Positions 18,063-28,500 of a stretch of DNA of 64,000 nt are shown piece by piece. The stretch is taken from positions 800,001 through 864,000 of the forward strand of contig OY771587.1 in the NCBI GenBank assembly GCA_963674825.1. The letters run 5' to 3'. Position numbers and translations under genes: made by a program. This stretch comes from Candidatus Cloacimonadales bacterium. Lineage in GTDB: Bacteria > Cloacimonadota > Cloacimonadia > Cloacimonadales > JAIOQZ01. Below the pieces are notes generated by a model, which had not been told where the DNA came from, ran no database searches, and saw nothing but the letters and a program-made list of their open reading frames with translations. The number at the start of each line of letters is the position of its first letter. Position 1 is the stretch's first letter.

Positions 18063-20762
18063 TCAATAGGAACTATACGAAAGGCCATTGTTCGAATAGG
18101 GATCTTCCGCCATTACTACCCGAACTCGATTAAGTGTTTCCGACTTCAGATGATAGAAAAACACCGTCTCTTCTACTTCATTTCCGTCGTTATCCAGCAT
18201 ATCCCATGCAACCTCGTGATAGCCTTCGGAGAATGTGGAATAGGTTCGTACTTCGTCACCTTTCTGGCTAACAATCTTCAACGAAGCGGTTTCTCCCGGA
18301 CGCACATAGAAGCGGATTGTCACCAGAGGATTCTCATCAAGAGGCGCATCCATGGCATAAAGCTTCTCAGGATCGAAGTTTTCTACTCGTCCCTTTTCCA
18401 ATCCGACTTCTTCCAGCCAGGCAAGGTAGGGCAAACCATCATTTATCTTCGGATCGATCTTCCAGTTGCTGCCCTCCACTTCGTGCCCTGGACCGGAGAT
18501 GAACCAGCCGGCATCCAGATAGGTGTTGATATCCCGTAGTTGCTCCGTGGAATACGTTGGCTCCTCTTCACTCTCGATGCAATCAGGTGACCAGATTGCA
18601 TTTCCGCCTAATAATACATCAGGCGGTCCGGCTGTAATGATCCCAAGCCCCTTGTTACTCTTCAATTTCGCCAGAACAAGCGTTTCAAAGGCTGAAGAGA
18701 GTTCAAGCATCACCGCAGAAATTCCACCGGTTCCAAACTCACTTCTGATCTTTCCGTTGACCGAGCAATTCATGATGGAAGAATAGGCCCGGTTCTGCCC
18801 GGTGATTCCCGCTGCTATCGAATCAGAATACACCTCGCTATAAGAGACGCAGTTCGATACGATTGATTGCATATTCATGCCCGTGATACCGCCTGTTGTC
18901 ATCTGGCCGATGATATTGCCCCCTGAATAGCAATTGTGCAGATAATTATAATCCCAGAGATTGGCAACGACTCCAGCTATCAGAGTATGCCCCTTCACAT
19001 CGCCAAAATTCAGGCAGTTGTATAATTTACTAGAATAACAAGTACCAGCGATACCGCTGACAGTGTCGTTACCCTGAACTGAACCGGTATTGTAACAATT
19101 GTAAACTGTCGAGTTCATTGTCGAACCGGCAAAACCTGCTTCCTCGCTTCCATCACCCTTAACATCTCCGTGATTGGCACATCGTGTGACCTGGGAGTAA
19201 TCGCATGAGCTCGTAAAACCTCCAATCATGCATTCCCTGGTAATATTTCCATAGTTTGCACAGTCTGTGACCTTTGACCTGTAAATCGAACCTGAGAATC
19301 CACCATTATCCTTACCAATCACATCCGCGAAATTCACTGAGTTTACGACATCACTCTCCATAATCATCCCAAAACAACCACCGGATTGTCCAGTAGAAGT
19401 TACAGATCCCCTACTCTCACAATCCGTTATGATACTCTGGTAGGGCAATCCCGAAACCAGTCCTACGTCAAAGTCCCCGTGCAGCACCCCATCGCTCTTG
19501 CACCCCTTCAATGTGGAGTAATTGCACTCCGCGGTCAGAAGACCCATTTTCCATGTACCGGAGATTTCACCGCTGCATATGCAATTTGTCATCACAGAAT
19601 GGTTGAACTGGCTGCAGAATCCCGCGGTTAGAATGAATCCAGACACACTGCAATCTTCCAATGTCAAATCATATACTTCCGAATCAACCATCACCTTAAA
19701 AAGCGCTGTACATGAAAGCGAATCCCCCGTGATCGTCAGATTCTTGATCTTTTTACCGTTGCCATCTAAAATCCCTGAAAAATAGGGGATCTGGAGATTT
19801 CCAGCGCTCGACATATCAAGATCACGCATCAATCGGTAACGAAGACCCGGAATTTGCCCGGTATATCTGAGCTTGCTCAGATCATCAACAGAATGTATCT
19901 CAATAAAATCGCCTTTCGCGTTGAAGAATTGTCCTACCGATAATCGGTACTTCCGGTCAACCCAGCGCTTGTAATCAACAGGTTCCAGCGCACCAATTCC
20001 CTCTCGATGCTCCCCATTGATCGTCGATTCTTCCATATTGTAATAACAGTTTTCAACAAGTACTCCAGATCGCAGAGAACCAATAAACACCCCAAGGTTT
20101 GCCATACCCGAAATCTGAACAGAACTCGTACAGTTTTCCAGTCGAGAATACGAGCTATCGGACGACGCGAATGCCGCGATTCCTCCAACAGAGTCCTTTC
20201 CAGCCAGAACACCCGTTGTTTGGCAGTTTAATACAGATGAATCAATCAGATCCGCGACAATCCCTGCTGCTGACCTGCCGTGTACAGAAAGATTCATCAT
20301 CTGGAGATTAGTAAACAATGCTTTTTTCGCGAATGCAAACAGTGCCTGGCCCACTTTCTTCGGGCGATTGATGTAGAGGCTGTCGATCACATGGTTATTG
20401 CCATCGTATGAGCCGCAGAATGGTTTTTCTTCGTAGGTTTTCTGGAAGTAGTGATCTCCTATGGGTGCGAATCCCTCGCCGTCGTTCCAGTTTCGGGTTT
20501 CGGCAGCGTTGATATCGGCAGTCTGCACAAAGTGACAGCTCCACGAGTCCGGCGTCGTGCTGAGCCACCGTAGATTGTCCAGCGTGGCTATCCTGTAGGG
20601 ATCGTCTTCGCTGCCAGTACCATCCGGCTTGGATCCTTCGCTGACGAGCACGACCTTTTTCTTCTCACGCTTCTTCTTTGCCTTCTTGGGCTTTTCATTT
20701 GAGCATGCGCCAAACAACATTGTTAGTATCAGCGTTCCGAGAGCAATCCACTTCAATTTCAT
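18063..20762 (-). CDS. GLUG-motif lipoprotein with degenerate FlgD-Ig-like C-terminus
   Basis: Lipobox LFGA-C then Lys-rich linker; GTGSEDDPYRIATLDNL; GLUG repeats; C-terminal TIRF.V..GE.A.L.I..QKG..V.....EG.H...WD..D..G without YPNPFNP. Confidence 0.8.
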   Translation of the reverse strand: MKLKWIALGTLILTMLFGACSNEKPKKAKKKREKKKVVLVSEGSKPDGTGSEDDPYRIATLDNLRWLSTTPDSWSCHFVQTADINAAETRNWNDGEGFAPIGDHYFQKTYEEKPFCGSYDGNNHVIDSLYINRPKKVGQALFAFAKKALFTNLQMMNLSVHGRSAAGIVADLIDSSVLNCQTTGVLAGKDSVGGIAAFASSDSSYSRLENCTSSVQISGMANLGVFIGSLRSGVLVENCYYNMEESTINGEHREGIGALEPVDYKRWVDRKYRLSVGQFFNAKGDFIEIHSVDDLSKLRYTGQIPGLRYRLMRDLDMSSAGNLQIPYFSGILDGNGKKIKNLTITGDSLSCTALFKVMVDSEVYDLTLEDCSVSGFILTAGFCSQFNHSVMTNCICSGEISGTWKMGLLTAECNYSTLKGCKSDGVLHGDFDVGLVSGLPYQSIITDCESRGSVTSTGQSGGCFGMIMESDVVNSVNFADVIGKDNGGFSGSIYRSKVTDCANYGNITRECMIGGFTSSCDYSQVTRCANHGDVKGDGSEEAGFAGSTMNSTVYNCYNTGSVQGNDTVSGIAGTCYSSKLYNCLNFGDVKGHTLIAGVVANLWDYNYLHNCYSGGNIIGQMTTGGITGMNMQSIVSNCVSYSEVYSDSIAAGITGQNRAYSSIMNCSVNGKIRSEFGTGGISAVMLELSSAFETLVLAKLKSNKGLGIITAGPPDVLLGGNAIWSPDCIESEEEPTYSTEQLRDINTYLDAGWFISGPGHEVEGSNWKIDPKINDGLPYLAWLEEVGLEKGRVENFDPEKLYAMDAPLDENPLVTIRFYVRPGETASLKIVSQKGDEVRTYSTFSEGYHEVAWDMLDNDGNEVEETVFFYHLKSETLNRVRVVMAEDPYSNNGLSYSSY

Positions 20763-20858
20763 AATCACCTGCGTCGTATAAATTTTCGATTGAATTTCAT
20801 TTTAGGCGCAGGGATCAACATATGTCAACAAATTGCGTCAATATTGAGACGTATCAAC

Positions 20859-20885
20859 AAAAAAGCCCGTCGTAAAACGGGCTTT
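20859..20885 (-). terminator. Intrinsic terminator
   Basis: AAAGCCCGT-N6-ACGGGCTTT with T tract on the minus strand, just after the lipoprotein stop. Confidence 0.75.
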
Positions 20886-20909
20886 GGTGTAGATAGAAAA
20901 ACTGTTGGT

Positions 20910-21533
20910 TTAGAAATCGTCGGTGTTCATCGCATCCATTTTCTTCAGGGCGCGGTCGATCATCTCCTGCTCTTTCTGATCCTGGAGCTTCGCCTTTTCC
21001 TGATTGAGGATATTCTGCATGAGTTCCTTCGGATATTCGCGCGGGACCATGTACCGGCAGTACGCGAGGTAGTAATAATCGATGGAGCCATCGGACTTCT
21101 TTTGCCACTTCTGGATGTAGTATTCCTGCGGCTCGCCGATCGAGATACCGGAGGCCTGGATGCGGCTCAGTTCGTCACGCACCACAGCCGGCGCAAGGAT
21201 GTTGTTGCCCATATCGACGGACGACACGACCTCGTCGATCTTGGTCTTTACATATACGCCCAGCGCTTCGACAGCCTGACGATAGGCGTCACGGCGCGCA
21301 TCGGAACGAGCATCCTGTTCCATACTATACTGACGCGATACGCCGATGAAAGCTTTTTCCTCATCGGTGGAAGCTTTTTCCGGGTTCTGAACCCACGAAG
21401 GCATCGAACCGCCCTCGATCTGCACAGCTTCACCTTCGGCCATTTCTTTATTCCCGGCACAGCCTGCAAACGCTGCCAGCGCTACAAACAATGCCACACA
21501 AACGATCCACATAACGCGTGCGGATATCTTCAT
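20910..21533 (-). CDS. LPP20-like lipoprotein
   Basis: Start ATG 21533 (RBS AGGAGG); lipobox FAG-C; PSWV.NP....FIGVS......A..DA...A pattern. Confidence 0.7.
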   Translation of the reverse strand: MKISARVMWIVCVALFVALAAFAGCAGNKEMAEGEAVQIEGGSMPSWVQNPEKASTDEEKAFIGVSRQYSMEQDARSDARRDAYRQAVEALGVYVKTKIDEVVSSVDMGNNILAPAVVRDELSRIQASGISIGEPQEYYIQKWQKKSDGSIDYYYLAYCRYMVPREYPKELMQNILNQEKAKLQDQKEQEMIDRALKKMDAMNTDDF

Positions 21534-21582
21534 GATTCCTCCTGTGTAAAACACGTTGATTCTTCTCTAAAGATTATATCGA

Positions 21583-21598
21583 TGCAATCACGATGCCA
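21583..21598 (-). promoter_or_regulatory. Sigma-54 (-24/-12) promoter upstream of the LPP20-like lipoprotein
   Basis: Minus strand TGGCAT-CGTGA-TTGCA, GG-N10-GC spacing, intergenic. Confidence 0.75.
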
Positions 21599-21603
21599 AA
21601 AAA

Positions 21604-22323
21604 TTATTGAAACTGCCCCTGCGCCTTCTCAAGGTCTTCTGGGGTGTCGATACCAATTCCGCGATACTCCGTGCAGGCTGTTCGAATGGAAATACCGTTC
21701 TCCAGCAGACGAAGCTGCTCCAGGCTCTCCGCCTGCTCCAGATGCCCCGGTTGCATGGAGACAAACCGCAGCAATGCATCCTTCGTGTAAGCATAGACGC
21801 CGATGTGCCGGTAGCGGTTGGGAATGAAGTCTCTCGCCCGAAATGGAATCGGGCTGCGCGAGAAATAGAGCGCGTCACCGCTTGTCGCTATGGCAACTTT
21901 CACGACATTGGGATTCTGAAGATCCTCATCGTTATCAAGCTCGTGAACCAGCGTTCCCACTTGCACGGTGTCGTCGTCAAAGAGCTCAAGAAGCTTGGTA
22001 AGCGGCCCTCTGGAGATAAACGGTTCATCTCCCTGTACGTTCACCACGATATCGAAATCCATGTCGCGAACTACCTCGGCGATGCGATCGGTTCCGCTGC
22101 GGTGTTCGGTCGATGTCATGGCGGCTTCTCCACCATGCTCGATCACCGTATCGAATATTCTCGTATCATCTGTCGCAACAACGATTTTGGAGAAAAGTTC
22201 CGTTCGCTGCACGGCCTGATAGACCTGCACGATCATTGGCTTTCCTGCCAGCATTGCAAGCGGCTTACCGGGGAATCGCGACGAATCATATCGTGCTGGA
22301 ATAACTGCAATTACTGATTTCAA
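21604..22323 (-). CDS. kdsB: 3-deoxy-manno-octulosonate cytidylyltransferase
   Basis: IPARYDSSRFPGKPL, SGTDR, VNVQGDEP, YFSRSPIP, ESLEQLR. Confidence 0.96.
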   Translation of the reverse strand: MKSVIAVIPARYDSSRFPGKPLAMLAGKPMIVQVYQAVQRTELFSKIVVATDDTRIFDTVIEHGGEAAMTSTEHRSGTDRIAEVVRDMDFDIVVNVQGDEPFISRGPLTKLLELFDDDTVQVGTLVHELDNDEDLQNPNVVKVAIATSGDALYFSRSPIPFRARDFIPNRYRHIGVYAYTKDALLRFVSMQPGHLEQAESLEQLRLLENGISIRTACTEYRGIGIDTPEDLEKAQGQFQ

Positions 22324-22351
22324 TATTCAATCTCCATCTCAATTTTCTGAG

Positions 22352-23170
22352 TTATACCCTCATTTTCATTTCAATGTACACCACGTAGCTAAACAGGCCG
22401 CTCGTGTACTTGCGGCGAATATACATCCGGCTGACCATGAGGTCATTCAGCTCTACTACCGTCTCAATCGCCGATGTGGTAAGCACCTTCTCCTGTCCGT
22501 CCATCTCGTTGATCTTGCGCATTGCCTGCACTTTCTGGCTGCTGTACTGCGCCAGCTCCAGCCGTGCCTTGACAAGCGCGCTCTCGTAGGCTTTGATCAG
22601 GTCGGAAGAGCTGCTCGAAGCAATCGCCGACACAAAGGCATCCTCTTCCAACACCGGATGACGATCCATCCAACCCGGTTCGGAGTCGGGCTCGTACTCG
22701 ACGTGTGTAGTATCGATTAACGCCCTTTCGGGCGCAAAAAGGCAAATCGAATAGCCGTCCAGATCGTTATCGTGTAAAAGCGTCAGGTGGTCGTATATTC
22801 CTCGTGCGTCTGGTGCGGCACTGACGTTGAATTCGAGCCTGGCTCGATCCTCGTCGCTGAATCCGTTTGTATCTCGCGAAATGGCAGCGCATTTCTTCAC
22901 GTTCCAAGAGCTTCGGTTTCTGGCCATGATCACAGCGGCCTGATTGCGCGCACTATCGATGGCTTTCTCATGATTCGAGGAACCGTAGGCGATGCCAATA
23001 ACATGCTCGTTATCCGTCGGAGGTGTCAGCACCCATGCGGGAAGCGACATTGTCGGGTTATCCACTACATACGTTTCTGGATTCTCCACAGCCGGCTGGT
23101 AGTGCTTCGGCTTTCCTCCACAAGAGATCAGTGTGAGCGCCAGCAGCAAAATAGTAGCATATCGGATCAT
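22352..23170 (-). CDS. Lipoprotein with two LPP20-like units
   Basis: Lipobox LIS-C; PAWV...VIGIA...A...ARNQA and PGWM...A....A...ARLELA. Confidence 0.65.
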   Translation of the reverse strand: MIRYATILLLALTLISCGGKPKHYQPAVENPETYVVDNPTMSLPAWVLTPPTDNEHVIGIAYGSSNHEKAIDSARNQAAVIMARNRSSWNVKKCAAISRDTNGFSDEDRARLEFNVSAAPDARGIYDHLTLLHDNDLDGYSICLFAPERALIDTTHVEYEPDSEPGWMDRHPVLEEDAFVSAIASSSSSDLIKAYESALVKARLELAQYSSQKVQAMRKINEMDGQEKVLTTSAIETVVELNDLMVSRMYIRRKYTSGLFSYVVYIEMKMRV

Positions 23171-23173
23171 TCT

Positions 23174-25018
23174 TCATCCTTTTTTATATCGCTGCTTGCG
23201 TATATAGACCATCAGAGCGGTGATATCGGTTCGATTAACGCCGGAAATTCTTGCCGCCTGGCCCAATGAGCGAGGTTGCAAACGCTTGAGCTTTTCGCGC
23301 GCTTCCCAGGCGATGGTCTCGATAGACATATAGTCGATGCCCTCGGGGAGGAGCTGTTCTTCCATCTCCTCGAATCTGCGGATATCGTCCAGTTGCCGCA
23401 TGAGATAGCCCTCGTACTTGCATTCGATGGTGATACGTTCCTTGATCGCCGGCGTCAGGTCGTCCGGCATCTTGTAGCCGAAATGAACCAAATCATCGAA
23501 TTCGACCTCGGGCCTCTTGAGAATGTTGTAGAACTTTGTCGGTTCTTTCAGTCCGCGGGTGACAATGGTGTTGTTCGTCCTGAGGTAATCGAGCTCACGA
23601 TCCTTTATAAGCAGGGTGTCCTGAAAGCGATTCCAACGTACTTCATCGACCAATCCAAGTTTATGTCCTAGTGGCATGAGACGCTCGTCTGCATTATCCT
23701 GCCGCAGGAAAAGCCGGTATTCGGCACGCGAGGTGAAAAGCCGATAAGGCTCTTCGGTTCCGCGCGTAACCAGGTCGTCGATGAGGACACCGATGTAAGA
23801 CTTGGAGCGGTCGAAGATAACCGGATCCTTTTTGTCCAGTGTCATGACAGCATTGATACCGGCGGCGATGCCTTGCGCGGCTGCCTCTTCGTAGCCAGAG
23901 GTTCCGTTGATCTGCCCGGCGAGGTAAAGTCCCTCGATGGATCTTGTCTCGAGCGTGAGAGTGATCTCGGACGGAATCACGATGTCGTATTCGATCGCGT
24001 AAGCGTAGCGGATAATCTTGGCATTTTCCAGACCGGTAACCGTCTCCAATGCCTGCTTCTGCACCTGCGGCGGAAGGCTATTTGAAATGCCGTTGACGTA
24101 GGCTTCGTAGGTATCTGTTCCCTCCGGCTCGATAAAGAGCTGGTGGCGCGGCTTGTCCGAGAATTTTACGATCTTGTCCTCGATCGAAGGGCAGTAGCGC
24201 GGCCCAATGCCGCTGATGTTACCACCGTAAAGGGACGAGCGTTTCAAGTTGTTCTGTATGATGCTATGCGTTTGTTCGTTGGTGTAGGTAAGCCAGCAAC
24301 TAACCCGATTGTTGAGCTGGATATCGCGGTAGAAGGTGAACCCGACCGGATCGGGATCGCCAGGCTGCTCTTCCATCTTCGAAAGATCGACGGTACGCAT
24401 ATCGACACGTGGCGGTGTACCGGTCTTGAAGCGTGAAGTCTTTAGCCCAAGCTTTTTAAGGGACGAAGTGAGGACGTTGGCCGCCGGTTCTCCCGAGCGT
24501 CCACCGCTGAAATTGACGTCACCCACGTGGATGGTTCCGCGCAGAAACGTACCGGTCGCGACGATGACTCGCGGCGCGTAGTATTCCTCCCCGAGGTGCG
24601 ACCGAACGCCGATTACACGTTTACCCGATGGATCGACCAGAATTTCGTCGATGATCGATTCCTTGATGTCCAGACCGGATTGTTCTTCCAGACTCTGACG
24701 CATCCAGATTGAGTATTGCAGACGATCGTTCTGCGAGCGTGGCGCCCAGACTGCGGGGCCTTTCTTGCGGTTGAGCATGCGGAACTGGATACCGGTTATA
24801 TCGCCGATCCTTCCGATCTCCCCACCCAGTGCGTCAATTTCGCGCGCAAGATGCCCCTTGGCCGGTCCGCCGAGTGACGGATTGCACGACATCCTGCCAA
24901 TACTTTCGAATTTAACAACAAAGATCAGCGTCGTAGCCCCCATGCGAGCCGCGGCAAGCGCTGCTTCGCATCCTGCGTGTCCCGCACCGATCACGATAAC
25001 GTCGTATTTCTGGTTCAT
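23174..25018 (-). CDS. mnmG: tRNA uridine-34 modification enzyme MnmG (GidA)
   Basis: Start MNQKYDVIVIGAGHAG at 25018; SCNPS, KTGTPPR, GPRYCPSIEDK, AGQINGTSGYEEA, EPYRLFTSRAEYRL. Confidence 0.97.
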   Translation of the reverse strand: MNQKYDVIVIGAGHAGCEAALAAARMGATTLIFVVKFESIGRMSCNPSLGGPAKGHLAREIDALGGEIGRIGDITGIQFRMLNRKKGPAVWAPRSQNDRLQYSIWMRQSLEEQSGLDIKESIIDEILVDPSGKRVIGVRSHLGEEYYAPRVIVATGTFLRGTIHVGDVNFSGGRSGEPAANVLTSSLKKLGLKTSRFKTGTPPRVDMRTVDLSKMEEQPGDPDPVGFTFYRDIQLNNRVSCWLTYTNEQTHSIIQNNLKRSSLYGGNISGIGPRYCPSIEDKIVKFSDKPRHQLFIEPEGTDTYEAYVNGISNSLPPQVQKQALETVTGLENAKIIRYAYAIEYDIVIPSEITLTLETRSIEGLYLAGQINGTSGYEEAAAQGIAAGINAVMTLDKKDPVIFDRSKSYIGVLIDDLVTRGTEEPYRLFTSRAEYRLFLRQDNADERLMPLGHKLGLVDEVRWNRFQDTLLIKDRELDYLRTNNTIVTRGLKEPTKFYNILKRPEVEFDDLVHFGYKMPDDLTPAIKERITIECKYEGYLMRQLDDIRRFEEMEEQLLPEGIDYMSIETIAWEAREKLKRLQPRSLGQAARISGVNRTDITALMVYIRKQRYKKG

Positions 25019-25182
25019 ATAAAAAGTCCTTTCAAGAAATCTGACGATATCAAACAGCGCATTGGTGTCAAGAAAATCGGCTTTGATGAACAGACAGTAG
25101 AAGGAAAGGCCATTGGCAGAAGTCACTTAGTTTGCATATTCGATCACAAAAAACACAAACGCCTCTGCAGCAATGAAGTAAG

Positions 25183-25449
25183 ATGCCGGAAGCGCTTAAA
25201 CTCCTATGCATAATGTCTTCTATAGCAATAGATTACGAGAACCGGAAAGGTTTCGTGAAAACCAAAGCCAAGATGAAGATTCTGAAAGACTCGAAAAAAT
25301 ACCTCTCGCAGTATGTGACTGAATGGCTTGAGAATTCCGACACAACGGAAGAGGAGATACAGAAGATGAACAACGACCTCTTCACTGAGGTAAACAACAT
25401 CACGAAGGGACGTTCACTTCAAGAAAGTGTTCAGCAACCCGCGGCTTAA
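25183..25449 (+). CDS. Hypothetical small protein
   Basis: Only sizeable ORF between mnmG and the giant gene; protein-like charged composition; start uncertain. Confidence 0.45.
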   Translation: MPEALKLLCIMSSIAIDYENRKGFVKTKAKMKILKDSKKYLSQYVTEWLENSDTTEEEIQKMNNDLFTEVNNITKGRSLQESVQQPAA

Positions 25450-25531
25450 TCTTTGGTTCATGACAACATGATTGGCATGGTGACGATCCAAATCAAGTGC
25501 AATTCCTTGTTCGAGTTACTTGATAACTTTT

Positions 25532-28500
25532 TTATTTGCCTCCTCCGGGATGATGCCGGGTGTTTACACATTGTTGATCAGTTCGGAGGGTGTTTGCTGC
25601 CACAACGAAATAGAAATAACTGGATCCACTCAGTAATTCTGTGTCCGTGTAGCTTTCCGTCGCAGATGTACCGATCTGCACAAATTCTCTGTCAGGATAC
25701 TCCGAGCGATAAATGATATATGACGTAGCATTCGGTACTATAGCCCAACTCAGCAGGATTGTGTTATCTCCAACAGATATTGTTACATTCACTGGTGCTG
25801 TCAATTCACCGGGATCAACGCCGACAGTCCACTCATACGCCCCGATGTCTATCGTTGTATTCTGAATGCGATCCTGTCCTCGGATGTCACAGGATTCGCT
25901 GTTGTAACTGTTGTCTCCGGCATTCACACATGAAGAAGAGCCATCGATTCTCAAGTCACCGGTTTCAGCGCCGACGAATAGAGGATCAACAGAAATGTTG
26001 TTCGTCGTTGCATCAAGAATGTCTGAACCACTTGCAAGTACCACATCATTCGTGCCATTTGCGTAGCATGAATTGTTCAACGTCGTTGTGCCGCCACCCA
26101 TCAGGTACATCTGATTACCGGTCGTTGCTATATTTCCCCAGACAATGCAGTTTTGCAGAACTGGAGAGCAATTGTTGTAATTCAGCATGCCGCCACCGTA
26201 ATACATGGCTACATTCATTGCAATCGTTGTGTTTGTCAGTACAGGTGAAGAGGACGTCGAATTCTCGATTCCTGCGCTGTTATTCGTGGTCTTGTTGCCA
26301 TAGATCAAGCAATTCGTGATTATGGGAGATGCGTTGTAATTACAGACACCGCCACCGTAATCACCTTCATTCGCTGTAACAGTAACGTTTGTAATGGATG
26401 GCGAAGCCCCGGAATTGAAAACGCCAGAACCCCTGTCAAAAGAGTCTGTCCCATTTGCGTGCCCACCTTTCACGGTAAAACCATTCAAAACACTTGCGGC
26501 GGTCAAAGGGGCCGGATTGTAGATGACATGATAGCAGTTTTCCGAATTGTTGGAGAAAGCAAGTGTCTCTCCGCTTCCGCTTACAATGTCGTCCCCGAAT
26601 CGATCACCGCTCAAAATGGTCTCGTTTTCGTCTCCCATTCCGAAATTCGTTCTTTCATCTACGGATGTTTCCGTACCGGCAAATCCGCCGTAGATTTCGA
26701 CTCCTTCCATCATCCTGAAATGATAGTAGCGGGGGGTATTCGTCAGATTGTAAGAATAGCTTGGAATATATGTCCCCTTTGCCACCCAGATTTGATCTCC
26801 GGGTGTGGCAATATCAAGCGCTGATTGCAGGGAGGTGAAGGCGTCAGCCCAGCTTGCTCCATTGTTCGCTCCCACGGCATTGATATCGACAAATAGAATT
26901 CCAGCGATATTGTATGGATCGACGCCAGGTGTCCACTCGTATGCGCCCATATCGATTGTGGTGTTTTGAATCCGGGCCTGACCTCGCACATCGGTTGATG
27001 CTGTGTTATAACTGTTAAGACCGCTATCGACTCCGGGGGAACAGCCCAGCAATCGAAAATCCTGCGTGAAAGAACCAACAAAATGAGGGTCAATCGTGAT
27101 GTTGTTGTTGGTCGCGTCGAGGGTTCCATTCAGCGTTTCGACGTCATTGTCGAGATCTTTGTAACAGGAATAGCTTATAGTTGTTGAACCGGTGCTGACC
27201 AACGATAGTTCATTCCCAGAACTCGTTGCCGTGTTATTCCAGATAACGCAATTATTGATGGTTAACGTTGATGCCACATTGTCCGAAGCAAACCTGATAC
27301 CGCCTCCGGATAATCCGGCGTGATTTTCTGAAATGGTTACGTTATTTAAAACGGAATCATACTGCACTGAACTGGAGTAGTTAATAATGGCTCCACCATT
27401 ATTGGTAGTTGTGTTAGAAGAAAACAACGAGTTGGCGATCGTTAGCGAAGACGAGTGCGTAGATAAAGCCCCGCCATCAGTAGCAGAGTTGTTACCGGTG
27501 AATATCGCGTTCAGTATTGATGCTGTTGATTCTCTGAAATATATTGCACCTGCATTGTACGCATAGTTCGAGATAAAGCTCATGCCACCAAATTCTGGAG
27601 AACCGTTATAAACGTATACGCCTCCACCGCTATTTGATGAGATATTGTTGGTGAATGAGACATTTTCCAAGAATGACATACTGTCATACATATACACTGC
27701 GCCGCCAATGCTTTCTGCTTTATTTGAATCAAAATTCACCTTCCTGATGACTGGCGAGGAGGAGAACAAGTACAATGCACCTCCTCTATTATGAGGATTG
27801 CTCCCACTGTTCGCATTCCCACCTGTTATTGTGAATCCGTCAAGCAGGGCAGAATTTGTTAGATTCGTTCCGTCGGGGTGATAGAATACATGATAGCAGT
27901 TATCATCTCCGCTTGTACCCTGATAACCACCATTGGTTACATCGAAATCATCATTGTCATTCAAATCACCGCTTAGAATTGTTTCATTTGCTTCTTCAAA
28001 ACCATAATTGATTCTTTGGTCGATCCCTGTCTCAGTTCCGGTAAACCCTCCATATATTTCAGTTCCTTCCACCATTCTGAAATGATAATAGCGGGAACCA
28101 CCACCCAATCCATAGTCATATTCTGGTTTATACGTTCCCCTTGCCACCCAGATCTGATCACCCGAAGCCGCTTCATTCAACGCTGATTGAAGCGAAGTGT
28201 AGGCGTCAACCCAGCATGAACCGTCATTGTTTCCACCAGCAAGAAGATCCACGTAGATGATATGAAGGGGCGGATCAACGCCGACAGTCCACTCATACGC
28301 CCCGATGTCTATCGTTGTATTCTGAATGCGATCCTGTCCTCGGATGTCACAGGATTCGCTGTTGTAGCTGTTGTCTCCGGCATTCACACATGAAGAAGAG
28401 CCATCGATTCTCAAATCACCGGTTTCAGCGCCGACGAATAGAGGATCAACAGAAATGTTGTTCGTCGTTGCATCAAGAATGTCTGAACCACTTGCAAGTA

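Noticed and set aside
13451..20800. tRNA-anchored genomic island
   Set aside because: No integrase and no duplicated tRNA 3' end seen in the window.
20790..22317. Long plus-strand ORFs (345 aa and 236 aa)
   Set aside because: Antisense shadows of the lipoprotein and kdsB genes with no recognisable motifs.
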